Source: Candidatus Poribacteria bacterium (lineage in GTDB: Bacteria; Poribacteria; WGA-4E; WGA-3G). From it: a DNA stretch of 64,000 nt. The first letter of the stretch is position 1; each line of letters begins with the position of its first letter. The stretch is from assembly GCA_963663765.2 (NCBI GenBank), contig CAXXUA010000015.1, positions 448,001 to 512,000 of the forward strand, given 5' to 3'. Under the pieces are notes generated by a model that had not been told where the DNA came from, did not search any database, and saw only the letters and a program-made list of their open reading frames with translations. Position numbers and translations under genes: made by a program. This document shows positions 21,761 to 32,810 of this stretch, one piece after another.

Positions 21761-22157
21761 ATAATTCCTCAAATTCTTGTTTTGACTTTTCTTAGTGTAA
21801 CAAATATTTGAAATTATTTCAATAGAAAATAAAGTGCAGCACTTACGCAAAAACGGTAGGCGGGGAATGCATAAAGAAGCATGCGCGTATGGCATGCTCC
21901 ATGATTCATACCGTTGATTTCTTGATTAGGTGCTTGTAAGCGCGCTGGAAACCCATAAAAATGCTGATAATGACATCATTTTCATCTTAATTCTTGCATT
22001 TGATCAAAAAAATGCGTAAGTCCTGAAGAGGAAGGTTGAATTGTATTTTATGTCAACTCGGTTGAATCATGAATATATAACGGGAGATCAATACCAGAAG
22101 AGAAGTAATGCTAACAACGCATGTCTATCGTTTGAGAATAATGTAAACCGAAGTAAA

Positions 22158-23399
22158 TTATGTATGTCGAATGGCATCAATTGGACTTAATTTCGCAGCT
22201 TTGCTTGCGGGGTAATAACCAAAAAATAATCCGACAGCAGTTCCAGCTGCAACGGAAGTGAGAACTGATCTTATAGTAACAACAGATGGCCAACTCATCA
22301 TTCCCATCAAGAACTTATCTACTGCCCAAGCAAAACCTTGTCCAACAAAGGCTCCCAGAATTATACCAAGTATACTTCCAAAGAGACACAATAGTATTGA
22401 CTCAGTCAGGAATTGAAAGCGGATATGGTATGTTTTTGCACCCACTGCCTTTCTTAAACCAATTTCGGGGATTCTTTCTGTAACAGATACGAGCATAATA
22501 TTAAGGATACCGATACCGCCAACAATTAGTGCTACAGAAGCGATAACTACTAACACCATTTCAATAATAAAAATTGTCTTCTTAGCACTTTCAATCCCTT
22601 TCTGAGCTTGCCATGTACGAAAAAATGTGTCATCTCCATCGTGATTACGTCGGATGATTGTTTGAACTTCTTTGACTGCTTGGTCAACCTGGAACGGACT
22701 TTTTGCACGGACCATAATATGCCCAACGTTTTCATGTCCCCAAAACCTTGTCTGTGCAGTTGTGATTGGAATGAAAATCATATTGTCATCGCTTTTGCCC
22801 TGTTCTAAGCCAGGTCCTCTGCTTTCCATAATTCCAATCACAGTGAAACGTTTGTTATTTATTCCAACCTCTTTTCCAATCGGATCCAAACCCTTAAACT
22901 GTTCTTTCCAAACTTGCGAACCGATAACGCAGACCTTATTCCAGAAATCCATATCTGTGTCAGCAAGAAATCTTCCATACTGACTGTGCCACTGCCGAAC
23001 TGCTTGATATTCTACGGTAGTCGCTCGCATGTAGGTCGGTTGATGTCTTCCGTGAACATCAAAACGGATATAATAACTACCTTCAACTGTAGCAACTTCC
23101 ACAGATGGACATTGATTCTGGACATCGCGTAAGTCAGTCATATTCAGATGGTGCGGACTTGTATTGCGTTGCCAACGATTGTTTTTTCGTATATATCCAG
23201 GACGGTAAACCCCGAACATGCTGGGACCACCTATCTTCTCAAATTCCAACAGTATGAGTTTTTCTGCTCCTGCCCCCAACGACATCATCGCAATCACACC
23301 AGCAATTCCAATGGTAATACCTAACAAGGTTAGGATCGTTCGGAGTTTACTCGCACGAAGTGCTGAAAGAGCAGTTAGCAGGTTCTCTATAATTCGCAT
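22158..23399 (-). CDS. MacB-type ABC transporter permease
   Basis: RTILTLLGITIGIA, GGIGILNIMLVSVTERIPEIGLRKAVGA and YPASKAAKLSPIDAIR motifs. Confidence 0.92.
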   Translation of the reverse strand: MRIIENLLTALSALRASKLRTILTLLGITIGIAGVIAMMSLGAGAEKLILLEFEKIGGPSMFGVYRPGYIRKNNRWQRNTSPHHLNMTDLRDVQNQCPSVEVATVEGSYYIRFDVHGRHQPTYMRATTVEYQAVRQWHSQYGRFLADTDMDFWNKVCVIGSQVWKEQFKGLDPIGKEVGINNKRFTVIGIMESRGPGLEQGKSDDNMIFIPITTAQTRFWGHENVGHIMVRAKSPFQVDQAVKEVQTIIRRNHDGDDTFFRTWQAQKGIESAKKTIFIIEMVLVVIASVALIVGGIGILNIMLVSVTERIPEIGLRKAVGAKTYHIRFQFLTESILLCLFGSILGIILGAFVGQGFAWAVDKFLMGMMSWPSVVTIRSVLTSVAAGTAVGLFFGYYPASKAAKLSPIDAIRHT

Positions 23400-23573
23400 T
23401 TTTCTTGATAATATATACGTTACAGAACTTCAGAATGTAAAATGGTTTTCTTGATGGAATGCAATGTATTGCATCTGACTATAAATAGTGCTAAAATTGA
23501 AAACGGTATTTCATATTGATACTTTTTCACAGTATACAACAAAATCAACAATATATGCAAATTTCTTATGGTT

Positions 23574-23973
23574 ACGAGTTGTGCTAAATAACTATATGTT
23601 AACCATTGTTTCACATAAGCATGACGTTTTGCAGGTGTCTTTCATATTTTGAAACGATCTTCAGTCCCGACAAATGCCATACGGGGAATGCCTTAATGGC
23701 ATTCATACCCGGGGAATGCCAAAAGGCATTCATACCGTTGATTTCTTGATTTGGCGCATTTGGCGTTGATTTGGTAGGGACGATATGTTTATAGAAAAAC
23801 GTCATAGTACATCCTCTTTAGTCCCGACAAATGCCATACGGGGAATGCCTTAATGGCATTCATACCGTTGATTTGGCGCATTTGGCGTTGATTTGGTAGG
23901 GACGATATGTGCGCATTATAAACCTAATATATGTAAAAACTTTGAAAACAATGGGTTAACTGGCACAAGTCGT
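23574..23973. mobile_element. 400-bp MITE-like element (family G), copy 1
   Basis: Imperfect TIR ACGAGTTGTGC / GCACAAGTCGT, flanked by direct repeat TATGGTT; near-identical copy at 35960-36359. Confidence 0.75.
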
Positions 23974-23974
23974 T

Positions 23975-25810
23975 ATGGTTAGAATTATCATGGATACAAA
24001 TTTATCAATAAATTCAAGTATCTCACTACTCAAGTATCCAAGTTCACATAATGTGACAATACACAAGTCAGAATTAGCAAAACTAATTACACGCAACAAA
24101 ACGGCTTGGATACTTATGAATGCTGACATGATTCAGACACGTTTCCAGTTGAATGTTCTATACATGCATTTTCAAACAACTGAAATGCCAGCATCAATTC
24201 AAATGAAATTGCGAAATATCCTTGCTCATACCAATTCAGATAAAGGTAACACTAATTATTGTGAGTTTTTTCTTATTGCACAGACGCATACGGAAGATAC
24301 ATTTTACAACATTACTGATTATGTTCAAAGATGTAGCCAATGGGATTTGTCGATAGCAGAACGTTTACGCGGAAGAACACTTCTCTTTATCTATCAGACA
24401 GAGGAAGATGCCTATGATTTGTTATGTACATCTGGGGTTAACTCCTTTATTAACCATGTATTTAACAGATATATAGAGACTTATGGTTTGGAAATGATTG
24501 AGGGTTTTGCTATTGAATTACCATACTTTTTGTCAATCTTTAACACTGATAGTTCCTCTATTCCTTGGAGTCATTCTCTGTTGAAACGTCTGGAGAATGA
24601 AAAAGAGAGAACTGAAAAAGTTCAGGGTAATTCTACACCCTATCTGTTTTACGAAACATATAACTCACCTGTCATAAGAAGTATATTTTGGCAGAGTTTA
24701 ACAACACAATTCGCAGAATGTTTTTTCGTAGGAGTTAAAGAATTTTGTCAAAAACATAAGCTTCGTTTTGCTATAACAATCCAGGAAAGCTCAAGGTCGT
24801 TACAATATGACTTAGGGTCACTCTTAGAACAGTCAGATTGTCCAATTCTTATTGCCTCTGAGGATGATACACCGCGACGTTTTGCAGTTGTTAAATCAAC
24901 TTGTAGTAATTCCAACAATACTGGAATAGTTCGTAAAAATAAATACATCAATTCACTGTGTGTCAAAGATGCCTCTCTTGGTTTCAATCAGTGGATTATA
25001 AATGATGAATTAGATTTGCATTCAGAGATAGAACGACATCACATTTTAGGGCAAGCATTGCAGGGTGGTACACCTGTGCGAAAAATTCTAATGTTATCTC
25101 CAATACAGAGTCTATGGATGAAGCCGGAAGAAAAGGAGTGGAGTAGCATTACAAAAGCATGGGGTTGGTTGACCCAAAATGTTTGGAACATGGGTTATGA
25201 CTTTGATATTGTTTCAGAAAAACAATTGTCCAATGCAATCGTGAATAAGAATGGACGAAGGATTTGTCTCTATGAGAAAGAGTATGAACTTGTCCTACTT
25301 CCAAGCTGTCTGTCACTACATGAAACTACTGTTCAACTCTTAACGAATTTTGCAAAATCAAAGGGTCGTATTCTTGCTAATGATCCAGTTCCCTATCTGT
25401 TAAATGGTAAGGTAGGACTTGAACCATATCAGTTAGAACGACTCATCTTCAGACGACAAACGACTGTATTAGACGGACCACTGAATGAAAGGGAGTTAGA
25501 CTTAATCAAGTATTTGCGTAAATGGGTTAAACCAGTTATCTCAGTTTATACTGACAACGAGAATACACCCGCGACAAATATTAGAATTCACCATAGACAG
25601 CATGAGAATGGACAATTGTTCTTTGTTTACTATATTGGGGATAAAGCAATTGAGACTTTGGTTGAGATTGAAGGACATGCTGAGAATGTTGAAGAACAAC
25701 ATTTACAGACTGGTAAAAACGTTAAGTTAAAGATTTGGCACGCGAACGACAAAACTTATCTTAATTGTCAATTTAAACCTCAACAAGGTAGACTCCTATT
25801 CGTTTCATGA
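23975..25810 (+). CDS. Hypothetical protein, possibly a degenerate glycoside-hydrolase-associated (GATase-like) protein
   Basis: 611-aa ORF; C-terminal 'GYDFDIVSE...YELVLLP....L..F...G.IL' resembles GH-associated GATase-like domains. Confidence 0.45.
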   Translation: MVRIIMDTNLSINSSISLLKYPSSHNVTIHKSELAKLITRNKTAWILMNADMIQTRFQLNVLYMHFQTTEMPASIQMKLRNILAHTNSDKGNTNYCEFFLIAQTHTEDTFYNITDYVQRCSQWDLSIAERLRGRTLLFIYQTEEDAYDLLCTSGVNSFINHVFNRYIETYGLEMIEGFAIELPYFLSIFNTDSSSIPWSHSLLKRLENEKERTEKVQGNSTPYLFYETYNSPVIRSIFWQSLTTQFAECFFVGVKEFCQKHKLRFAITIQESSRSLQYDLGSLLEQSDCPILIASEDDTPRRFAVVKSTCSNSNNTGIVRKNKYINSLCVKDASLGFNQWIINDELDLHSEIERHHILGQALQGGTPVRKILMLSPIQSLWMKPEEKEWSSITKAWGWLTQNVWNMGYDFDIVSEKQLSNAIVNKNGRRICLYEKEYELVLLPSCLSLHETTVQLLTNFAKSKGRILANDPVPYLLNGKVGLEPYQLERLIFRRQTTVLDGPLNERELDLIKYLRKWVKPVISVYTDNENTPATNIRIHHRQHENGQLFFVYYIGDKAIETLVEIEGHAENVEEQHLQTGKNVKLKIWHANDKTYLNCQFKPQQGRLLFVS

Positions 25811-25992
25811 AGGCTTGTATCGACGTTGTAACATTAATAATGCTTGACATAATCATAATAATAGGTTATTTTATATCGGATGGATTGTCAAGACAACATC
25901 AACAATCATTCAGCATTTATGCGCTGACATGAATTTAGAAATTACAATATAAATTAAAAAATCAATACGTTTTTGGGACTTATAAAGACAAA

Positions 25993-27879
25993 ATGAATAA
26001 GCAGAAACAAAAAAATAAAAAAGAATTTTCTGGGACTATCGTTATTATTGAGATGGGATATACTGATGAGAATATTGGAGGTCGAGGTACGGGGTTCTTC
26101 ATAGATGACAACAAAATCATTACCAACATTCATGTGCTTGCGGGTGCTAAAGATGTAAATGCAAGAAATGTGAGTACTGGTATGGTTTATACAATTGAAG
26201 GAGTTATCTCGTTTGATGATATAAACGATCTCGTTGTCCTTCAGACATCAGAATGCGATAAGCCGTTTCCTATTGAGGATAGTAATAATGTGAAGATTGG
26301 TGATAAGATAACTGCTATAGGCTGTCCTGATGGGAATGAAAGAATTGCTGAAGGAATTATACACGGAATCAGACATCACAATAAAAGTTTTCGCGTACAA
26401 ATGCCTAATGCTAGCAAGGGTTTTAGTGGAGGTCCAGTCATCAACAGCAATGGTAGAATCATTGCTATATTAGACCAGTTAAATTATGTAGAAGGCAGTC
26501 TTGATTACGATTTTGGTAACGCAATATCATCAAACACTATCAAGGAACTTACAAAAAAGTCATCCGTTCATTTGGAACCGATATCTAAATGGCTAAGACG
26601 ACCAAGTGTGCATGCATACTTTCTGTACTATAATGGAATTGAGTTGTCTCAAGAAGGAAATCAGAAAGGTGCGATCGCTACTTATAATAAAACAATCAAA
26701 TTAAACCCTAATTTAGCAAATGCACTTCACAATCGCGGGTTAGCTAAGAATAATCTTAGAAAGCATAAGAATGCAATTGCAGACTATGATGCAGCTTTAA
26801 AACTCGAACCGGATTCTGCTTTATCATACAGCAACCGTGGAGCTTCTAATATTGCTTTAAAAAACTTTGAACAAGCTTTGGAAGATTGTAATGCTGCATT
26901 AAAAATCAACCCGGATTTGTTAATTGCTCACTGCAACCGTGCTTTAGCGAAAGTATCGTTAAATGATTATCAAGGAGCGTTAGATGATGCTAATGTAGTT
27001 CTTCAAAAACACACGGATGCTTTTGAATCTTTTCGTCTTTACTTGGCGTGTTCTGCTGCTAATATTGCTCTGGGTGACTTTGCTGAAGCATTAAAAGACA
27101 TTAATACAGTCATTAAACGTAACCCCAATTTCGCTGAATCTTATGTTATGCGTGCTTTAATCAAGAAAGAACTTAATGACTATCTTGGTGCAATCAAAGA
27201 TGCTGATAAGATGATAAAAATGAAACCGATGTCAGAGATGGGATATACTTGTCGTGCAACTGTATATTTAGAATTAGGTAAGTCTAAATTAGAGAATGAA
27301 GAGAAAAAGGCTTCTCAAGATTTCTATGACAAAGCCCTTGTTGATGCAAATAAAGCAGTTAAGCTCAACCGAAAATCACATAGTTCTTATGCCAGTAGAG
27401 GAAAGGTGAGAATGTATTTTGGGGTATCAGAGGCTGCTCAAGGTGAAATTGAGGAAGCAAAAAAACTATTTAACTCAGCTATATCGGATTATACGAAATC
27501 TATTCAACTAAATTCCCGTTCTGCAGCAAGTTTGAATGCACTTGGATGGGTAAATTATAATATTGGTAAATTGGAAAGTACACATGGTAAGGAAGATGCA
27601 GCCCAAAAACATTTTCAAAAGGCAGTAATTGAAAGCGAGGAAGCAATCCGTTTTGATAAGGATTCTTTTGCAGTTTATGCTTATTATCATACGCATGGCG
27701 TTGCAAAAGCAGCACTAAGAGATTTTGAAAAAGCAATTGAAGATTTCAGTGAAGCTATTAACAGAAATCCAAAGCATATTTTGTCTTATCAAGATCGGGC
27801 AAAAGCAAAGGAAGCACTTGGATTGGCAGATGATGCAGCAGATGACTATCAAACGGTAGAAAAATTAGAAGCGAGTTAG
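25993..27879 (+). CDS. Trypsin-like serine protease with C-terminal TPR repeats
   Basis: GTGFFI, TNIHVL (His), DLVVL (Asp), GFSGGP (Ser); multiple TPRs. Confidence 0.88.
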   Translation: MNKQKQKNKKEFSGTIVIIEMGYTDENIGGRGTGFFIDDNKIITNIHVLAGAKDVNARNVSTGMVYTIEGVISFDDINDLVVLQTSECDKPFPIEDSNNVKIGDKITAIGCPDGNERIAEGIIHGIRHHNKSFRVQMPNASKGFSGGPVINSNGRIIAILDQLNYVEGSLDYDFGNAISSNTIKELTKKSSVHLEPISKWLRRPSVHAYFLYYNGIELSQEGNQKGAIATYNKTIKLNPNLANALHNRGLAKNNLRKHKNAIADYDAALKLEPDSALSYSNRGASNIALKNFEQALEDCNAALKINPDLLIAHCNRALAKVSLNDYQGALDDANVVLQKHTDAFESFRLYLACSAANIALGDFAEALKDINTVIKRNPNFAESYVMRALIKKELNDYLGAIKDADKMIKMKPMSEMGYTCRATVYLELGKSKLENEEKKASQDFYDKALVDANKAVKLNRKSHSSYASRGKVRMYFGVSEAAQGEIEEAKKLFNSAISDYTKSIQLNSRSAASLNALGWVNYNIGKLESTHGKEDAAQKHFQKAVIESEEAIRFDKDSFAVYAYYHTHGVAKAALRDFEKAIEDFSEAINRNPKHILSYQDRAKAKEALGLADDAADDYQTVEKLEAS

Positions 27880-27927
27880 AGTATTGGGTTTATTCTACTG
27901 CCTTAGCCAAAGTCTCTGAAAGGAAAA

Positions 27928-29490
27928 ATGATGACAGGTGGAACACTCTTTGTCGAATGTTTGAAGACACAAGGGGTTAAAGTGATTTTCGGATTACCAG
28001 GGAATCATCTTGATACCGTTTATGAAGCGTTATATCACAATCAAGACAGCATTCGGCACTATGTGACTCGACATGAAGGTGGAGCCGCGTTTATGGCTGA
28101 TGGGTATGCACGTGCTACAGGAGATGTCGGTGTCTGCATGACTGTACCGGGTCCTGGTGCTAATAATGCAGCGATTGGGATCTGTGAAGCATATACTGCA
28201 TGTTCACCTGTACTGTTAATTACGGGACAAAACCCATCATACTTGGCACAGAAAGATCCGAGAAAAAGTTTCCACGGGTTAGACCAAGAAGCTGCCTTTG
28301 CTCCGTTCACAAAACATATTGAAATAGTAAGACAAGTTGATCAAATACCTGCAGCAGTGAATAGATCCTTCAACGCATTACGTTCAGGTCGTCCAGGTCC
28401 TGTTTTGATTGAACTTGCAACAGACGCTTTACAAGCTGAAACCGATCTACCTATACCTCCACGAAACAATGGCGTTCATACAATGGCAAGTCAGGAAGAC
28501 ATTGACTCACTTGTAACGTTGATTAGAGAATCAAAACAACCACTGATAGTTTCGGGTAGTGGGATAAATCATGAACGCGCAACCAATGAACTGATGGAAT
28601 TCGCACAGTTACTTGATGCACCTATGGCAATGACAGGTATGGGAAAAGGGTCAGTACCTGAAGATAACCCTTACGCAATTGGACTATTCCGTGACGGTGT
28701 CGCACAAGCTGCTCTGAAAGCATCTGACCTGATAATTGCTATTGGCACACGATTTACATATCGAGATACAGGGAACTGGTCACTAAGAATACCACAGCCA
28801 CTCATACATATTGAAGCAGACAGTAATGAAATACATAAGGAATTTCAAGCGACTGTAGGCATCGGCGCGAATCCAAAATTGGTGCTTCAGCAGTTAAATG
28901 CTACACTCAGTGAAGAGAAACTCACATGTGGTTGGGGTGAGAACTTGAAGCAGCTACATAGTCAATTTACATCAATTGAATCCCCACCTATACTCAAGCA
29001 GTTACGAGATGTATTGCCTCGTGATGCAATACTGGCTGTAGATGTAAATATCACTGGTTATGGTGCGTTGTCCCATTTTCCCACTTATGCATCAGGGAGT
29101 TATATCTTTTCAGGTATATCAGTCGCAATGGGAATTGGCTTAACAGCTGCTATCGGCGCACAAGTTGCTTTTCCAAACCGAAAAGTTGTCGCTCTAAGCG
29201 GTGATGGTGGTTTCTTGATGACAAGTCCTGATCTGGCAACTGCAGTGATGTATGACCTACCGGTTGTGACCATCGTGATGAATGATAACCAATACACCTC
29301 AATTGAGAGAGGACAATTACGAAGATTCGGTAAACGAATTGGAGTAGAATTGGAAAACCCAGATTTTGTTAAATTTGCTGAATCGTTCGGTGCAGTTGGT
29401 TTACGAGTTGAAGATTTGTCAGACTTTAGACACATGCTTGAAAAAGCACTTGCAATGGATAAGCCAGTCGTTGTGGAAGTGAAGAAATAG
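27928..29490 (+). CDS. Thiamine pyrophosphate-dependent enzyme (acetolactate synthase-like)
   Basis: IFGLPG, RHEGGAAFMADGYAR, GPG and the TPP motif GDGGFLM...NDNQY. Confidence 0.9.
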   Translation: MMTGGTLFVECLKTQGVKVIFGLPGNHLDTVYEALYHNQDSIRHYVTRHEGGAAFMADGYARATGDVGVCMTVPGPGANNAAIGICEAYTACSPVLLITGQNPSYLAQKDPRKSFHGLDQEAAFAPFTKHIEIVRQVDQIPAAVNRSFNALRSGRPGPVLIELATDALQAETDLPIPPRNNGVHTMASQEDIDSLVTLIRESKQPLIVSGSGINHERATNELMEFAQLLDAPMAMTGMGKGSVPEDNPYAIGLFRDGVAQAALKASDLIIAIGTRFTYRDTGNWSLRIPQPLIHIEADSNEIHKEFQATVGIGANPKLVLQQLNATLSEEKLTCGWGENLKQLHSQFTSIESPPILKQLRDVLPRDAILAVDVNITGYGALSHFPTYASGSYIFSGISVAMGIGLTAAIGAQVAFPNRKVVALSGDGGFLMTSPDLATAVMYDLPVVTIVMNDNQYTSIERGQLRRFGKRIGVELENPDFVKFAESFGAVGLRVEDLSDFRHMLEKALAMDKPVVVEVKK

Positions 29491-29517
29491 AATCTATCTG
29501 GAGACAAGACGACAATG

Positions 29518-29677
29518 TAATACCATTTTCATGTGATAATGTCTCATTAGCAGCGGAAATCTGGTAGGAGCGACCTCCCGGTCGCGACCGTGAGGTCGCT
29601 CCTACCGAAGAGAGTAACCCCCTGCCAGTAAACAGTAGAATTCCTTAATGTGACAAGATTTATTTGAATTGGTATTA
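29518..29677. mobile_element. 160-bp MITE-like element (family H, TIR TAATACCA), copy 1
   Basis: Near-identical inverted copy at 54351-54510; internal GTAGGAGCGACC...GGTCGCTCCTAC palindrome. Confidence 0.75.
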
Positions 29678-29774
29678 TTTTCACCACATTTCTTGATAAA
29701 ACCATGAAAATTGGGTGTGTTCTGTCATTATTACAGTTTTCTCAATCGTCTGATTGGGGAGTTAGGAGAAAAAT

Positions 29775-30974
29775 ATGCGAATGAAGATAGGAGTTTTAAC
29801 AGGGGGTGGCGACACAAGCGCTCTTAACGCTACCCTAAAAGGTATAGCATTGAAAGCCGAAGAACTCGGTTTTGAACTGATCGGTTTTATGGAAGGATGG
29901 AGGGGTGTACTAAAAGGTGGACGTTATTTTACACTCACGCCTGATCTGATTGACGAAAATCATGGAGGGACGATCTTAAAGAGCTCACGTACCAACCTTA
30001 TCGCAATGGATAAGTTAGATGAAGCTATTGACAATCTCAATAAATTAAATATCAGTGGACTGATTCCTATCGGTGGAGACGATACCTTAACAGTAGGCAC
30101 GGCACTATCCGAACAATTTACAACAGTTTTCGTCACAAAAACAATTGATAACGATGTCGGAATAAATCCACCTGAAGGCGATTCAGTTGATTATTCCAAG
30201 ATGGTGAACTACTTCTGTCCTGGTTTTCCTTCCGCAGCGAGTCGTGTAATCAATGCAGTCAGTGATTTAAGGACAACAACATACTCCCACGATCGCGTCA
30301 TCGTCGTAGAAGCTATGGGCAGAGATGCAGGTTGGCTAACATTGTCTGCTGCCTACGGTTTAGCTGACCTCATTGTGGTACCCGAAGTCCCTTATCAACC
30401 AGATAGATTAGCAGAAGCAATCCGTGAAAAACATGCTACACAAAAGAATGTCATAGTCGTTGTTTCGGAAGGAATCCGAAATGATGAAGGTGAATTGATG
30501 ATTACGTCACAAGCGGAACTGGACGCGTTCGGTCATACAAAACCTGGAGGCTGTTCAGAAATCATCGTTGAAGCGATGAAAAAACGATTACCTGAAATCT
30601 CCAGTTCAGCGTTCCGCGCATTGATACTTGGCTATATGCAGAGATGTGGTAGTCCTACAATATTAGACCGAGACACCGCAATTAAAGCAGGTTCATTAGC
30701 AGTACGATCCCTTGCGGACGGTATGGACAACGGGGTTGCAACAATCACCCGAACAGATGTTGGTATTGTACCGATTATGTTGCATTTAGAACAGGTCTTA
30801 AAACGCGATGAAACGGGTCATGTCATACGACGAAGCCTTGACCCACGATTCTATGATGAAGACCGATTTCATCTGTCAGCTGAGGGAGCAGGTTATTTCC
30901 GACCACTCTTTGGCGACCTACCTCGTAGACGGAGAACTTTAGATGAACGTGGACTTGATATTGGTACAATCTAA
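29775..30974 (+). CDS. pfkA: 6-phosphofructokinase (PfkA family, probably PPi-dependent)
   Basis: LTGGGD, GGTIL.SSR, IGGDDT, KTIDND, VEAMGRDAGW and LGYMQRCG motifs. Confidence 0.88.
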   Translation: MRMKIGVLTGGGDTSALNATLKGIALKAEELGFELIGFMEGWRGVLKGGRYFTLTPDLIDENHGGTILKSSRTNLIAMDKLDEAIDNLNKLNISGLIPIGGDDTLTVGTALSEQFTTVFVTKTIDNDVGINPPEGDSVDYSKMVNYFCPGFPSAASRVINAVSDLRTTTYSHDRVIVVEAMGRDAGWLTLSAAYGLADLIVVPEVPYQPDRLAEAIREKHATQKNVIVVVSEGIRNDEGELMITSQAELDAFGHTKPGGCSEIIVEAMKKRLPEISSSAFRALILGYMQRCGSPTILDRDTAIKAGSLAVRSLADGMDNGVATITRTDVGIVPIMLHLEQVLKRDETGHVIRRSLDPRFYDEDRFHLSAEGAGYFRPLFGDLPRRRRTLDERGLDIGTI

Positions 30975-31290
30975 TCACGGTAAGTTTAGGAATAACTATA
31001 TTAAAGCATATAATTTTTTGGACAATTTATAGCACAAACTGTATTAAGATTAATTTTTAATTTCGTAACAGAATCTATCTCACCCAGTAGGCTGGGAATG
31101 CCTAAATGGCATTCATACCGTTGATTTCTTGAATTCTTGAATTCTTGATTTGGTGCTTTGTAATCGCGCTGTTGAGTTTTGACATACCAGCGCGCTTACA
31201 AAGCACGCCTACCTGGGTGGGTAAGATTGAATTACCAATTCAATTTATTCATCCTCAATTAGGTCTCAGTTTATTTTCACCCAAAACAGG

Positions 31291-31715
31291 TCAAACCAAA
31301 AAATCTATATCCAATCTAAAGTTTGGATTTTGTTCACGAAAACTGTAAACCGGTGACATGTCCTGAATGGGGTTCCCTTTGATAGTCAAGGAGGTTAATC
31401 GCGGAAAGTTATCAATAACACTCATGTCACTTGTGTTGTTATTAGCAAGGAATAAACTTCGCAATTTCACCAAATTCGCTAAAGGTCTGATGTCTTCAAA
31501 TTCATTATTACTATAAAGATGCAACATCTTCAACTCTGTCAAATGTTCTATACCAGATAAACGCTCACATAATAGTAAACAGCAGTCAGTATCTCCACAC
31601 CTGTTAGACTGTCTTTTGAAATTGGTTCATCCGTATCCAAGCCAGCTGCCTATCTAATGAGTTTAGCTAATCTCGGATCGGGTATATGGATATATTCTAT
31701 ATTGGAGTTGTTCAT
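31291..31715 (-). pseudogene. Internalin-like leucine-rich repeat protein remnant
   Basis: MNNSNIEYIHIPDPRLAKLIR*AAGL...: an internal TAG and a frameshift precede the LRRs (LKMLHLYSNN, LRSLFLANN, LTSLTIKGNP). Confidence 0.7.
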
Positions 31716-31745
31716 ATCACCACAAAAATCTATAGATTATTGACA

Positions 31746-32810
31746 TTACAATGGCAATGATATTGGTTTCCCAGTTTCCGATGACCTATATGTCGCTTCA
31801 GCCAATTCAATTCCGTCTCTTCCGATACGTCCATGTGTTGTCGGTTCTGCTTCACCAGCGATACACTGTAACCAGTGATCAATGCTTGCTCCTTTCGCTG
31901 CAATTCCCCAATATCGCTGATTCCGTTGTGCATCTGGAATGTTACGATAGGTTTCGTCATCTGGAATTGGTGCAGTAAATTCCTCTGCAGATTTCATATC
32001 ATGTGTTTTCCATCTTAAACTGTTTCTACTAAACGTAGCTGAACCGTTGCTTGTAACAAGCCCGCTGCCACTATGATCAACCTGTGCAGCCCAACTCTTT
32101 ATCATCATGCCGATACCACCGTTTTTGAAATGAACGGTCAGGACAGCATTGTTCTCAACTGCTTGCTCTGCTGGAGGATAGGTGCCACCAAGGGGAACAT
32201 GCGTTGTGTATCCATAGACTTTAGTAGCAGCACCATACAACCACAGCCAAATATCAAGAAAATGGATTGCTTGTTCTACAAGCATACCACCAGATTCAGC
32301 TTTGACGAAAAGCCATGGATGACGTTCAGGTGAGAAATATCCGATTTGATTAGAATATGCCATCTGTAACGTTCCGAGTGTGCCATCTTCCAGTAATGAT
32401 TTTAGTTTCATATAACCCGGATCAAACCGCATCATATAGGCAACCATCAGGAGCACACCAGAATCTTCGGCTGCAGCGACCATCGCGTCTCCTTCAGATA
32501 CGTTGCAGCACATCGGTTTTTCCATCAATATATGTTTACCCGCTGCGGCAGCGGCACGTGTAATCTCAAGGTGTGGACGTGGATGCACGCAAACATCAAC
32601 AGCATCAATATCCTTTCTGTCCAGCAGTTCACGATAATCTGTGTATGCGTCCGCGCCAAAACGTTCTGCTTGTTCATTAGCACCTAATTCATTGATATCA
32701 GCAATTGCAACTATATCTGCGCGTCGGGTCGGTTCATGGTAATATGGAGAGTGGAGGTTACGAAAAATACCACCACATCCGATAATTCCAACTCTGATTC
32801 TATCCATCAT
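31746..32810 (-). CDS. Gfo/Idh/MocA family oxidoreductase
   Basis: VGIIGCGGI, HILMEKP and GGMLVEQAIHFLD motifs. Confidence 0.92.
   Translation of the reverse strand: MMDRIRVGIIGCGGIFRNLHSPYYHEPTRRADIVAIADINELGANEQAERFGADAYTDYRELLDRKDIDAVDVCVHPRPHLEITRAAAAAGKHILMEKPMCCNVSEGDAMVAAAEDSGVLLMVAYMMRFDPGYMKLKSLLEDGTLGTLQMAYSNQIGYFSPERHPWLFVKAESGGMLVEQAIHFLDIWLWLYGAATKVYGYTTHVPLGGTYPPAEQAVENNAVLTVHFKNGGIGMMIKSWAAQVDHSGSGLVTSNGSATFSRNSLRWKTHDMKSAEEFTAPIPDDETYRNIPDAQRNQRYWGIAAKGASIDHWLQCIAGEAEPTTHGRIGRDGIELAEATYRSSETGKPISLPL

Noticed and set aside
21761-21895. N-terminal extension of the 2467-aa ORF
   Set aside because: It starts within a MITE; the RBS and signal peptide indicate a start at 21760.
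23611-23805. Duplicated 64-aa ORF (also 35997-36191)
   Set aside because: It lies wholly inside the 400-bp MITE and is built from palindromic repeats.
31642-31660. In-frame TAG in the LRR remnant as possible recoding
   Set aside because: A frameshift follows shortly after, so ordinary pseudogenisation is more likely.
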